DNA from: Octopus bimaculoides
Lineage: Eukaryota
Direction: 5' to 3'
Length of the DNA stretch: 64,000 bases
Assembly: GCF_001194135.2 (NCBI RefSeq)
Contig: NC_068994.1
Coordinates: 29,476,731 to 29,540,730 of the forward strand
The position numbers and the translations under genes were made by a program. Positions 23,945-38,209 of this stretch are shown here, in pieces (within the stretch, counting starts at the first letter, position 1; every line of letters starts with the position of its first letter). The notes beneath the pieces were generated by a model. It saw only the letters and a list, made by a program, of their open reading frames with translations, searched no databases and had not been told where the DNA came from.

Positions 23945-24883
23945 CATTAGAAGGCTTGATGCTGAATAGGTCTGATCCAGGTGGCCAACATTTTTGGAGA
24001 TAAAAATAATTCTATATCTACGTAAATGTGATTATTATTAATGGATGCTATGTTAATTAAAAACTATATTCACCGTCCATAAATAATTAGTGACAGGCGT
24101 TTTGATGCAATTGGCATTCTTCTACATTGGTTGTAATGGAAAGCACGGTCAGAAGTGTGAAATAAGGAAAACTACAACGGTTTAGGACAGATGTCGGAGA
24201 AACAAAAATGTGAGTGCGCGCAAGCGAGAGTACCAATAATGAATCTGGACCGTTCACCCCCAATAATTGAAAAATGTATAGAGTGTTGTAATAACAATCT
24301 AAATAATATTGGATTTCAATGTGAAAACCATTTGAAAAATGAAAATGGGACGTTAACTGCTTATTGGTGTATAATTAAAATCAAAATGGGATCAAACAAG
24401 TCATGATATAGGATACATTGAAACGAAATGAAATGCAAGTTATGGAACAGAGATCTTAATAGATGTCTGGCGGTGTAAATTATACAGAAACGTTAAATGT
24501 TTACATTAGCAAGAAATAAGTGTTTCAAATGTTATTAAATTAAATTAAGCTACAAAGACGGCGGTGTCATTGACAATTTTCTACTGCCTGAACGACTCCG
24601 GTGCAACAAATTATGAAGTCCCTCGTTTAATTTATACATCCAGAAAATTTATTTCAAACTGTTCTTTCATTTGTATCCAATCAATGGGTAACTCATATCA
24701 TCACAATAATATAATTACCATGTATCATGATTATTTATTGCTCACAAGGGGCCAACAAAGAGGGGACAATACAACACATTTGGGGACACTGAACAAATGA
24801 AAAAAAAAACGTAAGGTACAATGGTAATGAAAAAATGAAAAATGAAAGTGACGCTACCTGCCCCACCAAGTAACATCACTTAC

Positions 24884-25207
24884 TATTTTTTTTCTTTGTA
24901 TTTCATTATTTCAAGTCCATAGTTTTCTTTAAGTTCCTCAGACTCTATATCCTTAGGTAATCTTCCCTTTTCATATTCTTCCTTCCAAACATCATAATTT
25001 CCTTTGTGTTTTTTTTTCCAATCTCATTTTTTTTTTTTTTGGTCTTCTGTTATTTGAAGGCATGAATGGCTCCCGTAAACACTTTCATCCTCCACTCTAA
25101 CCATCACTGTATTTTCCCATCCCATCACCTGTTTAACCAGTTCATCGTTTGCTTCCTCGAAAACCACACACGCATAACAACCAGTGGGAGGGGAAGTTTG
25201 TGGATTC
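24884..25207 (-). other. Candidate 324-nt exon with one in-frame TGA, not in the ORF track
   Basis: cAG acceptor, GTAAGT donor, phase 2/2, reading NPQTSPPTGCYACVVFEE...EDQKKKK*DWKKKHKGNYDVWKEEYEKGRLPK...KYKEK. Confidence 0.4.
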
Positions 25208-26307
25208 CTGTATGTTATTGTTTTACAATAATATAATTACTTTGTATCGACGAAACAGCATTTACGTGCTTACTTAACCAACAACAAATAGCAACCAAAA
25301 CTTCCCCAAATCATACTCTACTATCTTAAAAATAAGACAGCAAAATTAAACAGCACCGTCTTGTTTTATTCTTAATTCACAAGGAATAGTTCATGAAAAT
25401 GTTTGTGAACTTACCCATTCACCTTGCAATCCTTGATCCAACTTCACTTACATACACCTTATATAACTTGAGAATACCCTCTTCCCCATCATCTCATCTT
25501 CTCTCTCCTGTCTCACTGAGGTAGCCATGTATCTTCTTTACAAGATGCCCATTTCTACCCTTCTACTCATGTGCTAACCTTTCATTTGCCCGCAATACTA
25601 CCTAGCTGAACTGGGGCTACATAACAAAAACAGTTCATAGAAGAGAGAAATGTTATTCCTGTAATATCTGTGTGATGGTATCTTCTGATAAATTCATTCA
25701 ATTGCAAATAAACTGCAAAAGTTCTGGCATAAAAACCTACCTAATGAGAGACCATAGGAAACTGGCAGAGAATATTGAGATCAATCAAGGAAGTTATTGT
25801 GCTTATCGTTACTAAAAACAGAATTTACTGGAGTGTTACAAAAACCTTGTGTCTCAAGTTGTGAACTTATAAATATCTTTTTCACCAGTGTTTAAATATA
25901 GAAACAAATTAAGTAAGTCAACTAGAAAATACCATTGCACACATATTACAGGAATAAAATGTCTTTCTTCTATGAACTGTTTGCTATTTAACCCCAGGTC
26001 TGCACTGAGTGAATAGACTTAAGTTCAAAGTCTGATCATCCTGAGATTCTTTTTTTAATGCAACCATCCTTCACTTAAAATCAGAAGCTGCTGGCTTTAA
26101 GTCTGTCCTCTTTGGGGTGGGTCTGTGTAACTTCATCTGAAAGAAATATTAGATGTTTTGTGTTGTGGTTGTAAAGATCTTACCTGAATTATTACTATGT
26201 GAATGCTGTCTGTCATAAACAGCATTTAATTCTTTAAACATCTTTTTTATTTCACATTTATTTTTGAAAGTAAAGTGTTCAGATTTTTTAAAAATGTATT
26301 CTGTGTA

Positions 26308-27475
26308 CGAGTTATGAAAGTCCACTGAAAAGTTCATGCGGCCAAATGAGGTTTATTTTTCCATATAGTTCTGCCTTGCAGTCCACACACTTCTTCCATC
26401 AGTGTTGCAATGCTTAGATCCTATTGGTGAAAAAGCTTTCATGTTGTTGCTCAAAAAAATCATCATCACTGTGCTACTGGTTCCCAGCCAAGTGTTTTTT
26501 CATGCTGGGGAACAAATGATAGTCAAATGGTGCCAAATCAGGAGAATAGGGAGGATGATCAACCAGTTCAAAGCCACAGCAGCCATTGAAAGCAATGATT
26601 TGTGTGCTGGAGTATTGTCCTGATGAAACAAGACATCTTTCGTCAGTTTTCCTAGGTGTTTGGTCTTGATAGCCTTTCATAACTACCAGAGCAAGTTGGC
26701 ATACTACTCTTCATTGATAGTGTGGTACTTTTGAAGATAGTCAATAAACACAATGCCCTTTGCAGCTCAAAAACTGAGGCCATTACCTTACCTGCAGATG
26801 AAATGACTTTGGCCTTCTTTGGAGAAGGTGAGGAGGAGCGTTTCCACTGCATGGATTGTCTCTGGCTCAAAATGATGAACTAAGCACTCATCCTGGGTGA
26901 GGAAACCAGCTGCATCTGCCTCAAACAATGTCAAATTTTCTCATGATCTGATCAGCTTGGTACACTTCTGATCAGATGTCAGAAGACATGGGTGCCATGT
27001 CTTCTGACACCTGATCATGATGCAGAATATTCTCAACTCTCTCACAGGATATGCTAAGAGCATTGGCTATTTGATTTATAGTCAATTTATGGTGAACACG
27101 ATCAATGTTTTCCTTGGTGGTGGCAGTTGCAGGACGTTCAAACCTTGGGTCATCTTCAAGACTCTCCCTTCCGTTCCTAAATTTGGCAGCCTACTTTTGC
27201 ACTGATACATCTCCCTAATGCATCAACCATTTCAGGAAGAATGTCATTGGGGGGGGGGGGGTTAACCTTTTTTCTGCATGATGCCTAATTTTGTCCATTT
27301 TCGAGAGAAGTCACTACTAGTTACTTTTGAAGTCTTCTTTGAAGAGTCAGATGTCAGTTTACCTGGAAAGACACAATGCAGTTATTAATAAGGGTTGAAA
27401 ATAATGCATGCAAGATTTCATAGTTTTAGCATCACTCCTTCATAGACAGCCATTGAACTTTTCAGCCCATCTGCA
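26308..27475 (-). mobile_element. Mariner transposon fossil
   Basis: SMQWKRSSSPSPKKAKVISSAGKVMASVF and GFELVDHPPYSPDLAPFDYHLFPSMK; terminal ctgaaaagttc / gaacttttcag inverted motif. Confidence 0.85.
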
Positions 27476-27525
27476 TGTGTTGAAAAGGTAATATTTTGTT
27501 TTTATTGCTGTTTAAATCTCATGTA

Positions 27526-27732
27526 CAAGGGAATGCTGAAAAGTTCTTGGCTCTAAGGCCTAGTTGGAGGCCCAACCTTCCAAGTTCTTTTACATGGCTT
27601 AGAAAAACTGAAGGACTGCTGCAATAAGTGTGTGAATCTAAAAGGAGAATATGTTGTATTAAATTATAATTAACTCATCTTCCTGTATTTCTTTTTTTTA
27701 CCCAAAGCCAGGGACTTTTCAACACCCCCTCA
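27526..27732. mobile_element. Mariner-derived MITE
   Basis: TA-flanked TIRs caagggaatgctgaaaagttcttggct / agccagggacttttcaacaccccctca. Confidence 0.65.
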
Positions 27733-28789
27733 TAATTGTGTAGAGTTTTTCTAAATGATGATGGTGGAGTGGATTTAAGTGTTTTTGTAACCAATTTCTA
27801 ATAGGTTTTACAACTTGTTAGAACATGAGTTAGAACATGAAGTAAATATATCAGAATGATAAATCCATGTCATTCTATCATCATTCAGGTTGCGACCATC
27901 TTCCCCTCATTTCTGACATATATTTAGAATTAACCCATTTTGATGATGGTAGGGTAGAATTTAAAGGATATTTGACCCCAAATTTGGCTGGCCAAGCAAC
28001 CATATGTTGTCTTCCTCACTGGCCCATGGTATATGCTATTGTAGATACTGGGTACTATATTGATTGTCACATCCTAAATATATGGGATGTTTGGAATTTT
28101 CTATTGCTTTTTTTTTGTGTCTGATGGAAGGAAGGTTGAAAATCATGGTCCGTGGGAAATTTTCATTTTGTGTGAATTTTTTATGGCAAGTTTTGCTAAA
28201 TGCCTCTTGAAGAAGGCTTTTACTTGGCATTGGAGTGTGGGTATGTCATTTAAAGTTGTGAGATGATGTGGCAGAGACTTGTTAGACCTGCAGCTGAATA
28301 CTACATTGTGTTCTCGTGTCTGGGATACAAATTTCTAGTTTTCTGAGGTTTTTAGGAACTTCTTGTTTTAGGTGCAGTACGGTTGAATGGTTAAGAAGCT
28401 CACTTTGTAACGACAAGGTCTTGTGCTCAATCCCACTGTATCGCATCTTGGGCAAACACCGTTTTCAATAACTTCAAGTCAAGCCAAGCCTTGTGGCTGA
28501 AATTGGGTAATGTGAAAGTGTGTAATAGACTGTTGGGTGGTTTCTACCTGTATTTCAAAAAGTACAGCCTTATCACACACTTTGTCACAGTGATTCTTTT
28601 TGAAAATTACATTTAGGGTACATATGTCTGGAATCCTCAACCACTTACATGTTAATTCAAGAGCAGGTAACTCAGCTGATCAACAAACTGAATCCTCATC
28701 ATTGAATAATGGAGATTTACCATTTTCTTTGTTATTTCCCTTTACCATTAAAAAATGAAAGTTATAGCGACATATATGATACTTTTTAT

Positions 28790-29140
28790 CTTTTACTTGG
28801 TTTCAGTCGTTAGACTGCGGCCAAGCTAGGGCACTGCCTTGTAGAATTTTAGTTGAATAAATCGACCCCAGTACTTATTATTTTTGTAAAGCTTGTTAAT
28901 TACTCTATTGTTCTCTTTTGCGAAACTGCTAACTTATGAGGATGTAAACAGACCAACACCTGTTGTCAAGCAGTGGTGGGGGGCAAACGGACACACACAC
29001 ACACATATATATATACGATGGGCTTCTTTCAGTTTCTGTCAACCAAATCCACTCACAAGGTAAGTGGAAGACACTTACCCAAGGTGTCACACAGTGGAAA
29101 TGAACCCAGAACCAAACTTCTTACCACACAGCCATGCCAT
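28790..29140 (-). mobile_element. SINE family 1
   Basis: Reverse complement of SINE consensus from tttcagtc...gactgcggcc tail to cacagccatgcc head. Confidence 0.7.
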
Positions 29141-29951
29141 AGATTACAAAAAGATGAAATTTTCATGGTTGGAGCAATTCTAATCATAGGGCTGTCTGCT
29201 CAATCAGGGGACCTGGGGTTAAACAACAACGACAAACCAGGCGACCACAGGGACTATGGGATAAAGGCAATATACTACTAAGATATTCAACGCTTTGTTG
29301 ACCAACTAACAACAGATCATTGACCTCTTCTACAAGTTAACTAATAAAACAATATGACCACTCACTAAGTGCAAGGTTCCAACGACTACAACAGGTGTAT
29401 CAAGATGTAGGAGCCATGTAAGTTGTGTATAGAGACAGGTTTTATGAAATCATCCTTTCTACTTTTAGCACAAGACCAGAGTTGATTACATCAACCCCAG
29501 TACTTGACTGGTACTTATTTCATTGGTCCCCAAAAGGATGAAAGGCTAAGTTGATCTTGGTGGAATTCGAACTCAGAACGTAAAGACGGGTGAAATTCTG
29601 CTAAGCATTTTGTCTGGCATGCTAACAATTCTGCCAGCTCACCATCTTATATGTTATTAGAAAATATCTTGGTAGTGTTTTCAGCAGTGAAAGATAATTT
29701 TGATGGTTTAGACAGTGATATCCAAAAATATTTAGCATAATAGTTTCAAAGTTTTAGCCCAAGGCCAGCAATTTTGGTGGTGGGGTTAAGTTGATTACAT
29801 TAACCCTAGTGCTTAACTGATATTTATTTTATCAGCCCTGAAACGATGAAACGGCAGAATTTGAGCTCAGAATGTAAAGATGGATGAAACACTGCTAAGC
29901 ATTTTGCTTGGCGTACAAATGATTCTGACAGCTTGCTGCCCTAACAATATA

Positions 29952-30827
<876 letters not shown>

Positions 30828-31104
30828 TATAACATATTGTGATAAGATTTAAGTATAAAATTTATAACATTTTTAAGTTACATATAAAGCTAAATATTTT
30901 GTTAGAAATTTCAGTGACAAGATTTTACATGAATTTGGTTTTATTTTATTTTTTTTACTTTATTTGTAGAGAATATTTTGAATAGACCAATGCATTAATA
31001 TTTGTCCACTGTACATATTGGCTTATGGTTAATAAGATTAAGTTTTAAATATTCCACAAATTTCAAAGCTCTTAATGTTGCTTATCATGATCAGTGAAGT
31101 TGCA

Positions 31105-32270
31105 TACTGTGGACAGGGCCATTAGACTAAAGAAACAGGCTTGGAAGGCCTGGAAAAGTGGGGGTAGCAGGAGAATGTATCAGACAGCCAAAAGGGAAGC
31201 TAGGAGACAGGTATATATGGCCAAGGGAGTAGCAGAAAAGAAGTTTGCCAATGTTCAGTGATATGAGAACCAAAGAATTGAAGTATTCCGGATTGCAAGA
31301 CAGTGTGTGAGAGAAAACTATGATGTCATTGGAAGGAAATGTGTCCGCATGGACGATGGTGCCCTTGCATTTAATGATTCTGCAAAGAAAGAGATTTGGA
31401 GATGCCATTATGAAAGACTGCTGAATATAGAGAATGAATGGGAAGAGGAGAGTCTGCCAAAGGTTGACCCAATTGAGGGATGAGCTACCCGAATTGACAG
31501 TACCCTGGTAGATAAAGCAATTAAGGATATAAAGACAAGGAAAGCACCTGGCCCATCAGGAATCACTGCTGGGATGCTTAAAATATCGAGCAGTGTGGGA
31601 TATGGTCTTGTCATCTGCATCATAAATCAGGTAATTCCTGAAAGAGTCATACCCAATGATTGGTGTAGCAGCACCATAGTCAACTGCTACAAGTGGAAAG
31701 GTGAAATAACTACAGGGGTATCAAATTATTGGATCAGGGGATGAAAATTACAGAGAGGGTCATAGCCCAACTAATTAGGGAGAGAGTTAGCCTAGATAAG
31801 ATGCAGTTTGGTTTTGTGCCAGGCAGAAGCACCATTGATGCTATATTTCTGGTAAGGCAACTGCAGGAGAAATACCTAGCCAAAGATAAACCTCTGTACT
31901 TGGCTTTTGTTGACTTGAAGAAAGCCTTTGACAAGCCCCCTCCCCCCGATCCCTTATCTGATGGTCAATGTAGAAACTGGGGATAGACAAGTGGTTAGAA
32001 AGAGCTGTACAAGCCCTAAGGTGAGGATTGGCAACATGTATAGTGAAGAATTTTAAGTAGGAGTTCACCAATGATCAGTCCTCAGCCCTCTATTATTCAT
32101 TATAGTCCTCCAGGCAGTAACAGAGGAATTCAAGACAGGCTGCCCCTGGGAGCTCCTCTATGCTGATGACCTTGCTCCAATAGCCAAGTCACTGCCAGAA
32201 CTACAAAGTTTAGGGTGTGGAAGCAAGGTCTAGAATCGAAGGGCCTTAGGGTTAACCTAGCAAAAACATC
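31105..32270 (+). mobile_element. RTE LINE ORF2 fragment with RT
   Basis: MQFGFVPGRSTIDAIFLVRQLQEKYLAKDKPLYLAFVDLKKAFD and PWELLYADDL; several frameshifts. Confidence 0.85.
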
Positions 32271-33384
32271 AGTAGCCCCGCAAATTTTAAAGAAACCCTC
32301 TGCGATAAAACAGCAACAGACAAGATCCGGTTGAAACGTAAGATTCCCAGCAAAGTATGTTCAAGTTTGTTACATTTGAGTTGATTTTTTTCTTTCTTAA
32401 CTATTGAACTGCCGCATTCAGTACAAACAAAACAACTCAGTGTGAAGAATATTTTTTTTATAAACGATTTCTTCACAAGCTTTGCCAACAATCACAAACC
32501 AAGAAACTATTTGGCATAAGAAAACTTTTGTTACATAATGTACAAGAAACTTTTTTTTTTTATTGTGCAAATCACCGGACAAAAATTATCTTTCTACTTT
32601 ACACCAATGTACTTCTGCATGCAACCTTGCAAAATACTGTTGATATTTTTGTGATTTTCATAATTGTCATGNNNNNNNNNNAAAAAGTTTTGACTAGCAG
32701 CAATTAACATAATTTAAAAATGAACAAAAAGAATGAATTCATGTGAGCCAATGGTATGGATTCTGATAAACTAAAGGATGTGAACCGAATGATTTGCTTA
32801 CAGACAATTAGATTTCCCTTAAAATATGTTAATTTTTGTGTAATTATTAGTAAGTCATGAAATTACCTCCCCCCTTTTTTTTATTGGAATCACGATTTTT
32901 TTTTTCAACTTTAGGCAATCTACAACTTAAGAAAATCCAAGTTGAGAATTATTTGCAAAAGTCATTTAGTCCATCATCCTTTATTTATTTTATAACTCCA
33001 GTGAACAACCAATATAACTGTACAGATCCAAGACATAGTATTTCTATGTTGTCTTTCAGTCTGTTAAAAATAAGTCAAGATTCAAAAGAGACCATGGAAT
33101 AAAGGCAACAGACCATTGAGATCTTCAGTGGTTTTTTGACAAACTAGCAACACAATAATGAAATAGCTCCACAACTAATTAATCAATGAAACATAACCAC
33201 TGTCACTAAAACCAAATTACCTGTCAGGTGTATCAAGTTGAGGGAGTTACAATTTTGAGACTTTTGTTTATGTATAAAAACAGTTTTAGTTAAATATTTG
33301 GTTACAAATATGCTTTCTATAGTAAATTAATTTTGAAGAATATAATTTCAGCTATATCATCCACATAGTCATAGCTCAGTTAAT

Positions 33385-34950
33385 TAGAAAAAAAGTTAAC
33401 CTAGATGAGATGCAGTTTGGATTCATGCCAGGGAAAAGTACTGCTGATGCTCTCTTTATAGTATGGAAACTGCAGGAGAGGTATGTAGTTGAAAGTAAAC
33501 CACTGTACTTGTTGACCTGGAGAAAACCTTTCACAGGGTGTCTCACTCGCTGATGGTTACTGTGGAAGCAAGGAGTAGATGAATGAGTAGCGAGAGTTGT
33601 TCATGCTATGTAGGGGAATGGTGTTCATAAAGTGGGTTAGCAATAAGTACAGCAATGAATTTAGTGCGTAGGTAGTTCACCAGAGTTTGGTTATCAATCC
33701 TCTACAATTTATTATAGTCCTCCAGGCCATAACAGAGGTATTTAAGGCTGAATTGCTATAGGAACTTGTATATGGTGATAAGCTTTTTACACCAGAAACT
33801 ATAGTAGAACTGGAAATGAAGTTCCAAGTGTGAAAGCAAAACCTAGAATGAAAGGGCTTTAAAGTCAACTTAGCAATGACCAAAGCTCTAGTTAGCAAGA
33901 AAAGAGACAGGATGCTAATCCTTTTGCATATATGGCCCTGTTCAATATGTAGAAGAGGTGAAGGTAGAAATTTCATGGAGTGTACTCAGTGCAAATTATG
34001 GACACATTAGAGGGACAGTGGAATGACAGGAAGGTTAGCAGAGAGAGTAGATTTTGTGGCAGACACATAGGTGCAATAACACTAAGAGCAAACAAGAAAT
34101 AGATTTTCTGGAATGCCCAGAAGGATCCTTAGCGGTAGTTGATTGTTTTTGCTATCAATGAGATTTGATAACCAGTGGATCAGAAGAGGAAATACTGAAA
34201 GTATGGTTGTTAGAAAAAGAACTGACTGGAGAAAGTTCATAGAGATATTACTTCAGTTGGCAACAAAAGCTTCCCTCTCAGAGTGAAAGGTAGATTGTGA
34301 AGACCGACCTCCACCACATGGAAGAGAGCAAGGGACCAAAATGAATGGCAATATTCAGTGCTTGAGAAAACCTACACATCTCAGCAAAAATGAGTGCCTG
34401 TCAAGCCTTCACCCACAAGTCATTTCTAACACTCATCATCCCTCCTTAAACTGCAGTACTACTCACTTAGCTGCAGTAAATGGTTTCATTTATCACCTCA
34501 CACTTCACATTGTATACCTCTTACCACTGTCCACCGCAATCCCATCTCTAATCATGTTACACACTTTTTCACTCAAATGCTCTTACCTACCCATCATCTT
34601 CTCTGTTCTCTCTCACATATCCATCTTGTATCATGATCTCAAATCTTTCTCTTTTGTTCCAGATAGGGAAGCCATGCATTCACTTCTTCAGCAAGACACC
34701 TGCTCCAATCTCTTTATCATACTTTCACATCCCCCAAGACTTATACCCCACTCAGTTGAGGGGTCTTGTCTTGCAAGTACTTGGTGACCACACCAGTGCT
34801 GATGCTATGAAAAGAGTACTCACTACACTCTGTAAAGTGGCTGGTGTTAGGAAGGACACCCAGCTATAGAAACCATGCCAAAGCATACATTGAAACTCAA
34901 CACAGCCCTCTGGCACAACAGTTCCTGTACATCAAACTCACACCAGCATG
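33385..34950 (+). mobile_element. Decayed 5'-truncated RTE with CT-rich 3' UTR
   Basis: MQFGFMPGKST, LLYGDK, WPCSICR remnants followed by a UTR homologous to 14700-15460. Confidence 0.7.
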
Positions 34951-35494
34951 GAGAAAAGGATGTTAAATCCCTCTCTCTATTATATATAGTTTATAGATCC
35001 ACAAGAAGTAGAATTTAAAAAAAAAAGTACTCCATCCAATTTAATAAACAAATGAAAGAGCTACTAATAGTTTCATGCTATTATGATATTTGAACAGGCA
35101 CATTCATAAAATACACCATCTATCTCCAAGCAATCTTTCAAGCTGTTTCTATATTAATAGCTTTTTTGGTTGCGTATTAAATTGATATATACATATATAT
35201 AGAAATAAGAGTGAAAAAAATGACTCGAATAGCCACACAAAGCACTAACCTCATCAATTGATGACTTTTCTCATAAGTTGTACAAGGCAAGCTACCCTTT
35301 TTAACCCAGAGTATCAGTTTTCTGATGAGAACTAAGATTATAATGATCAGAGTTCAAAATCATGTGACAAGGCTATGTCAACTTACTTCATTTTGTGAGT
35401 TTATCTCACCATGGAATGGTGCTTTAGCTCTCTGCCTCACTTTCCATCAATTTATAAGGTTATTGCTTTGTGAGTCGGTTTTTTTTTTTTACTC

Positions 35495-37610
35495 TTATTT
35501 CTAGCAAATGGTTTCTACAGCTTGATGCCCTTCCTAACGTCAACCACTCCGAGAGTGTAATGAGTGTGTTTTTGTGCCACTGGCACAGTTGCCATTTGCA
35601 TGACACCGGTATCTGCAATGACCGATTTTACTTGGCTTGATGGGTCTTCTTCTCAAGCACGATGTAATGCCAAAGGTCTGTCACTGCCTCCATGAGGCCC
35701 ACTGCCTGAATGGAACTCAGCCACTTTGCCTCCGTGAGGCCCAGTGCTCAAAAGTACTCTTTATGTGCCACCAGCATGAGTGCCAGTTACATGACACCAG
35801 CATCAGTTACAACTGTGATTTCACTTGGCTTGATGGGTTTCCTCAAGCACAGCATATCACTAAAGGTCTTTGTCACTGGTCATTGCCTCTGTGAAGCTCA
35901 AAGTTCAAAAATCATGCTTCACCACCTCTTCCCATGTCTTCTTGGGTCTACTTCTACCACAGGTTCCCTCCACAGTTAAAGATCGGCACTTCTTTACACA
36001 GCTGTCCTCTTCCATACACATCATATGACCACACTATCACAGTCATCTCTCTTGCACACCACATCTGATGCCTCTTATACCTAATTTTTCTCTCAAGATG
36101 CTTACACTGTCGAACATGCACACTTATATTGCGTATCCAGTGAAGCATACTGGCTTCATTTCTTTCAAGCCTATGCATGTCCTTGGCTGTCACAGCCTGT
36201 TCCACTGCTATGTGGCATAGCTGTATGCACACAGACATCATGCAATCTACCTTTCACTCTGAGAGATAGGCTCTTTGTTGCCAGCTGAGGTAGGAGCTCT
36301 CTGAACTTTGCCCAGCCTAATCTTATTCTCACAGCTACATTCTCAGAGCATCTACCTCCACTACTAACTTGGTCACCTAGATAACGGAAGCTATCTACTA
36401 TCTCTAGCTTGTCCCCTGGCAGTTGATGGAATCTATTTTCAGTGTTTATTGTAACTGTGCATCTTCCACATACAAAAGCTATTTTCCCTGTTAGCCTTCC
36501 TCTGATATTGCTGCACCTTTAATGTGTCCAAAGCTTATGCCAGCTGCATTTTATGGAGTTTACACCTATGCCTTTTCTACAGGTTGCACAGGGCCCTCTA
36601 CCTGAGGGGATTTGTGATTTGTCTGCCTTCCTACTTACTAAGACTTTGTTTTTGCTAAGTTAATTCTAAGGCCCTTCGATTCTAGACTGTGCTTCCATAC
36701 CTGGAACTTCTCTAGTTCTAGTAGTGATTCATTTATAAGAGCAATGTCATCAGCATAGAGGAACTCCCAAGGGCAACCTGTTTTAAATTCCTCTGTTATT
36801 GCCTGGAGGACTATGATGAACAAGAGGAGGCTGAGGACCAGTCCTTGGTGAACCCCTACTTGTACCCTGAATTCTTCACTGTACTCATTGCCCACTCTCA
36901 TCTGACTGGTAGCATCCCTGTACAAGACTTGTGCAGCTGTCACCAACCACTTGTTTATCCCTAGTTTCCGCATTGACCACCAGATAAGGCTTTTTTCAAG
37001 TCAACAAAAGCAAAGTACAGAGGTTTACCTTTGGCTAGGTATTTCTCCTGCAGTTGCCTTACCAAAAATATAGTCAGTGGTGCTTCTACCTGGCACAAAA
37101 CCAAACTGCATCTCATCTAGAGTAACAGATTCCTTAATGATTTGGGCTATTACTCTCTGTAACTTTCGTCACTTGATCCAACAATTTAATACCTCTGTAA
37201 TTATTTCTAAGGCATCACCTTTACCTTTGTAACAGTTGACCATGGTGCTGCTACACCAGTCATTGGGTATGACTCTTTTGTGAACACCTGATTTACAATA
37301 CGAGGGACTAGACCATAACTCACACTGCCAGATATTTTAAGCATCTCAGTGGTGATTCCTGATGGGCTCAGGGCTTTCCCTGTCTTCATATCCTGAATTA
37401 CTTTATCTACCAGAGTACTGGTCCCTCAACTGGGTCAACATTTGGCAGACTCTCTTCCTCCCATTCATTCTCCATGTTCAGCATTCTTTCATAATGGCAT
37501 CTCCGAGCCTCTTTCTTTGCAGAATCATCAAAAGCAAGTGCACTATCATCCATGCAGACACATTCCTCTCCTATGACATCACAGTTTTCTCTCACACACT
37601 GTCTTGTGTC
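35495..37610 (-). mobile_element. 5'-truncated RTE LINE
   Basis: GVHQGLVLSLLLF...PWEFLYADDIAL in ORF 36638-36973; CVIGEECVCMDD at the 5' end; 3' UTR with internal duplication. Confidence 0.85.
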
Positions 37611-37654
37611 TTAATATCTTATTGTATGAATATATATATATATATATATTGTGC

Positions 37655-37890
37655 GGGTGGCACATAAAATACACCATTTCGAGCGTGGCCGTTGCCAGTA
37701 CCGCACCGCCTGACTGGCCTTCGTGCGGGTGACACGTAAAAGCACCCACTACACTCTCTGAGTGGTTGGCGTTAGGAAGGGCATCCAGCTGTAGAAACTC
37801 TGCCAAATCAGATTGGAGCCTGGTGTAGCCATCTGGTTCACCAGTCCTCAGTCAAATCGTCCAACCCATGCTAGCATGGAAAGCGGACGT
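37655..37890 (+). mobile_element. Short RTE 3'-end copy within (TA)n; similar copy ~58847-59105 (minus)
   Basis: Matches 1-215 and 47840-48088; flanked by TA dinucleotide runs. Confidence 0.8.
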
Positions 37891-38209
37891 TAAACGACGA
37901 TGATGATGATATATATATATATACACCCACACATATGCATATAAATTTGCTCCAGTTCTTTGTGTTCTGAGTTTAAATCTCACACATTGGCTTCCATAGG
38001 TGGTAGACTTAATCCATCACCAATTCTAATACCCACCACCTGGCAACTCCAGTACCTTTAGCAGAATTCACTTTGTGGCAAGAATTCAAGCCAAGTCTCT
38101 AATTTTAGAATATCTTTCTCTCTTCCCACTCCTCTCACTAGTTGTAAAGGGCTCTGTAAAAGTATCCAGCTGCAGTAGAAAAAAAAATTTTTTAAAAGAA
38201 TAAATACAC

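Noticed and set aside
27850-28260. Possible further Penelope-like fossil on the minus strand
   Set aside because: Only vague motif resemblance (NFPRT, LGCDN); not supportable without alignment.
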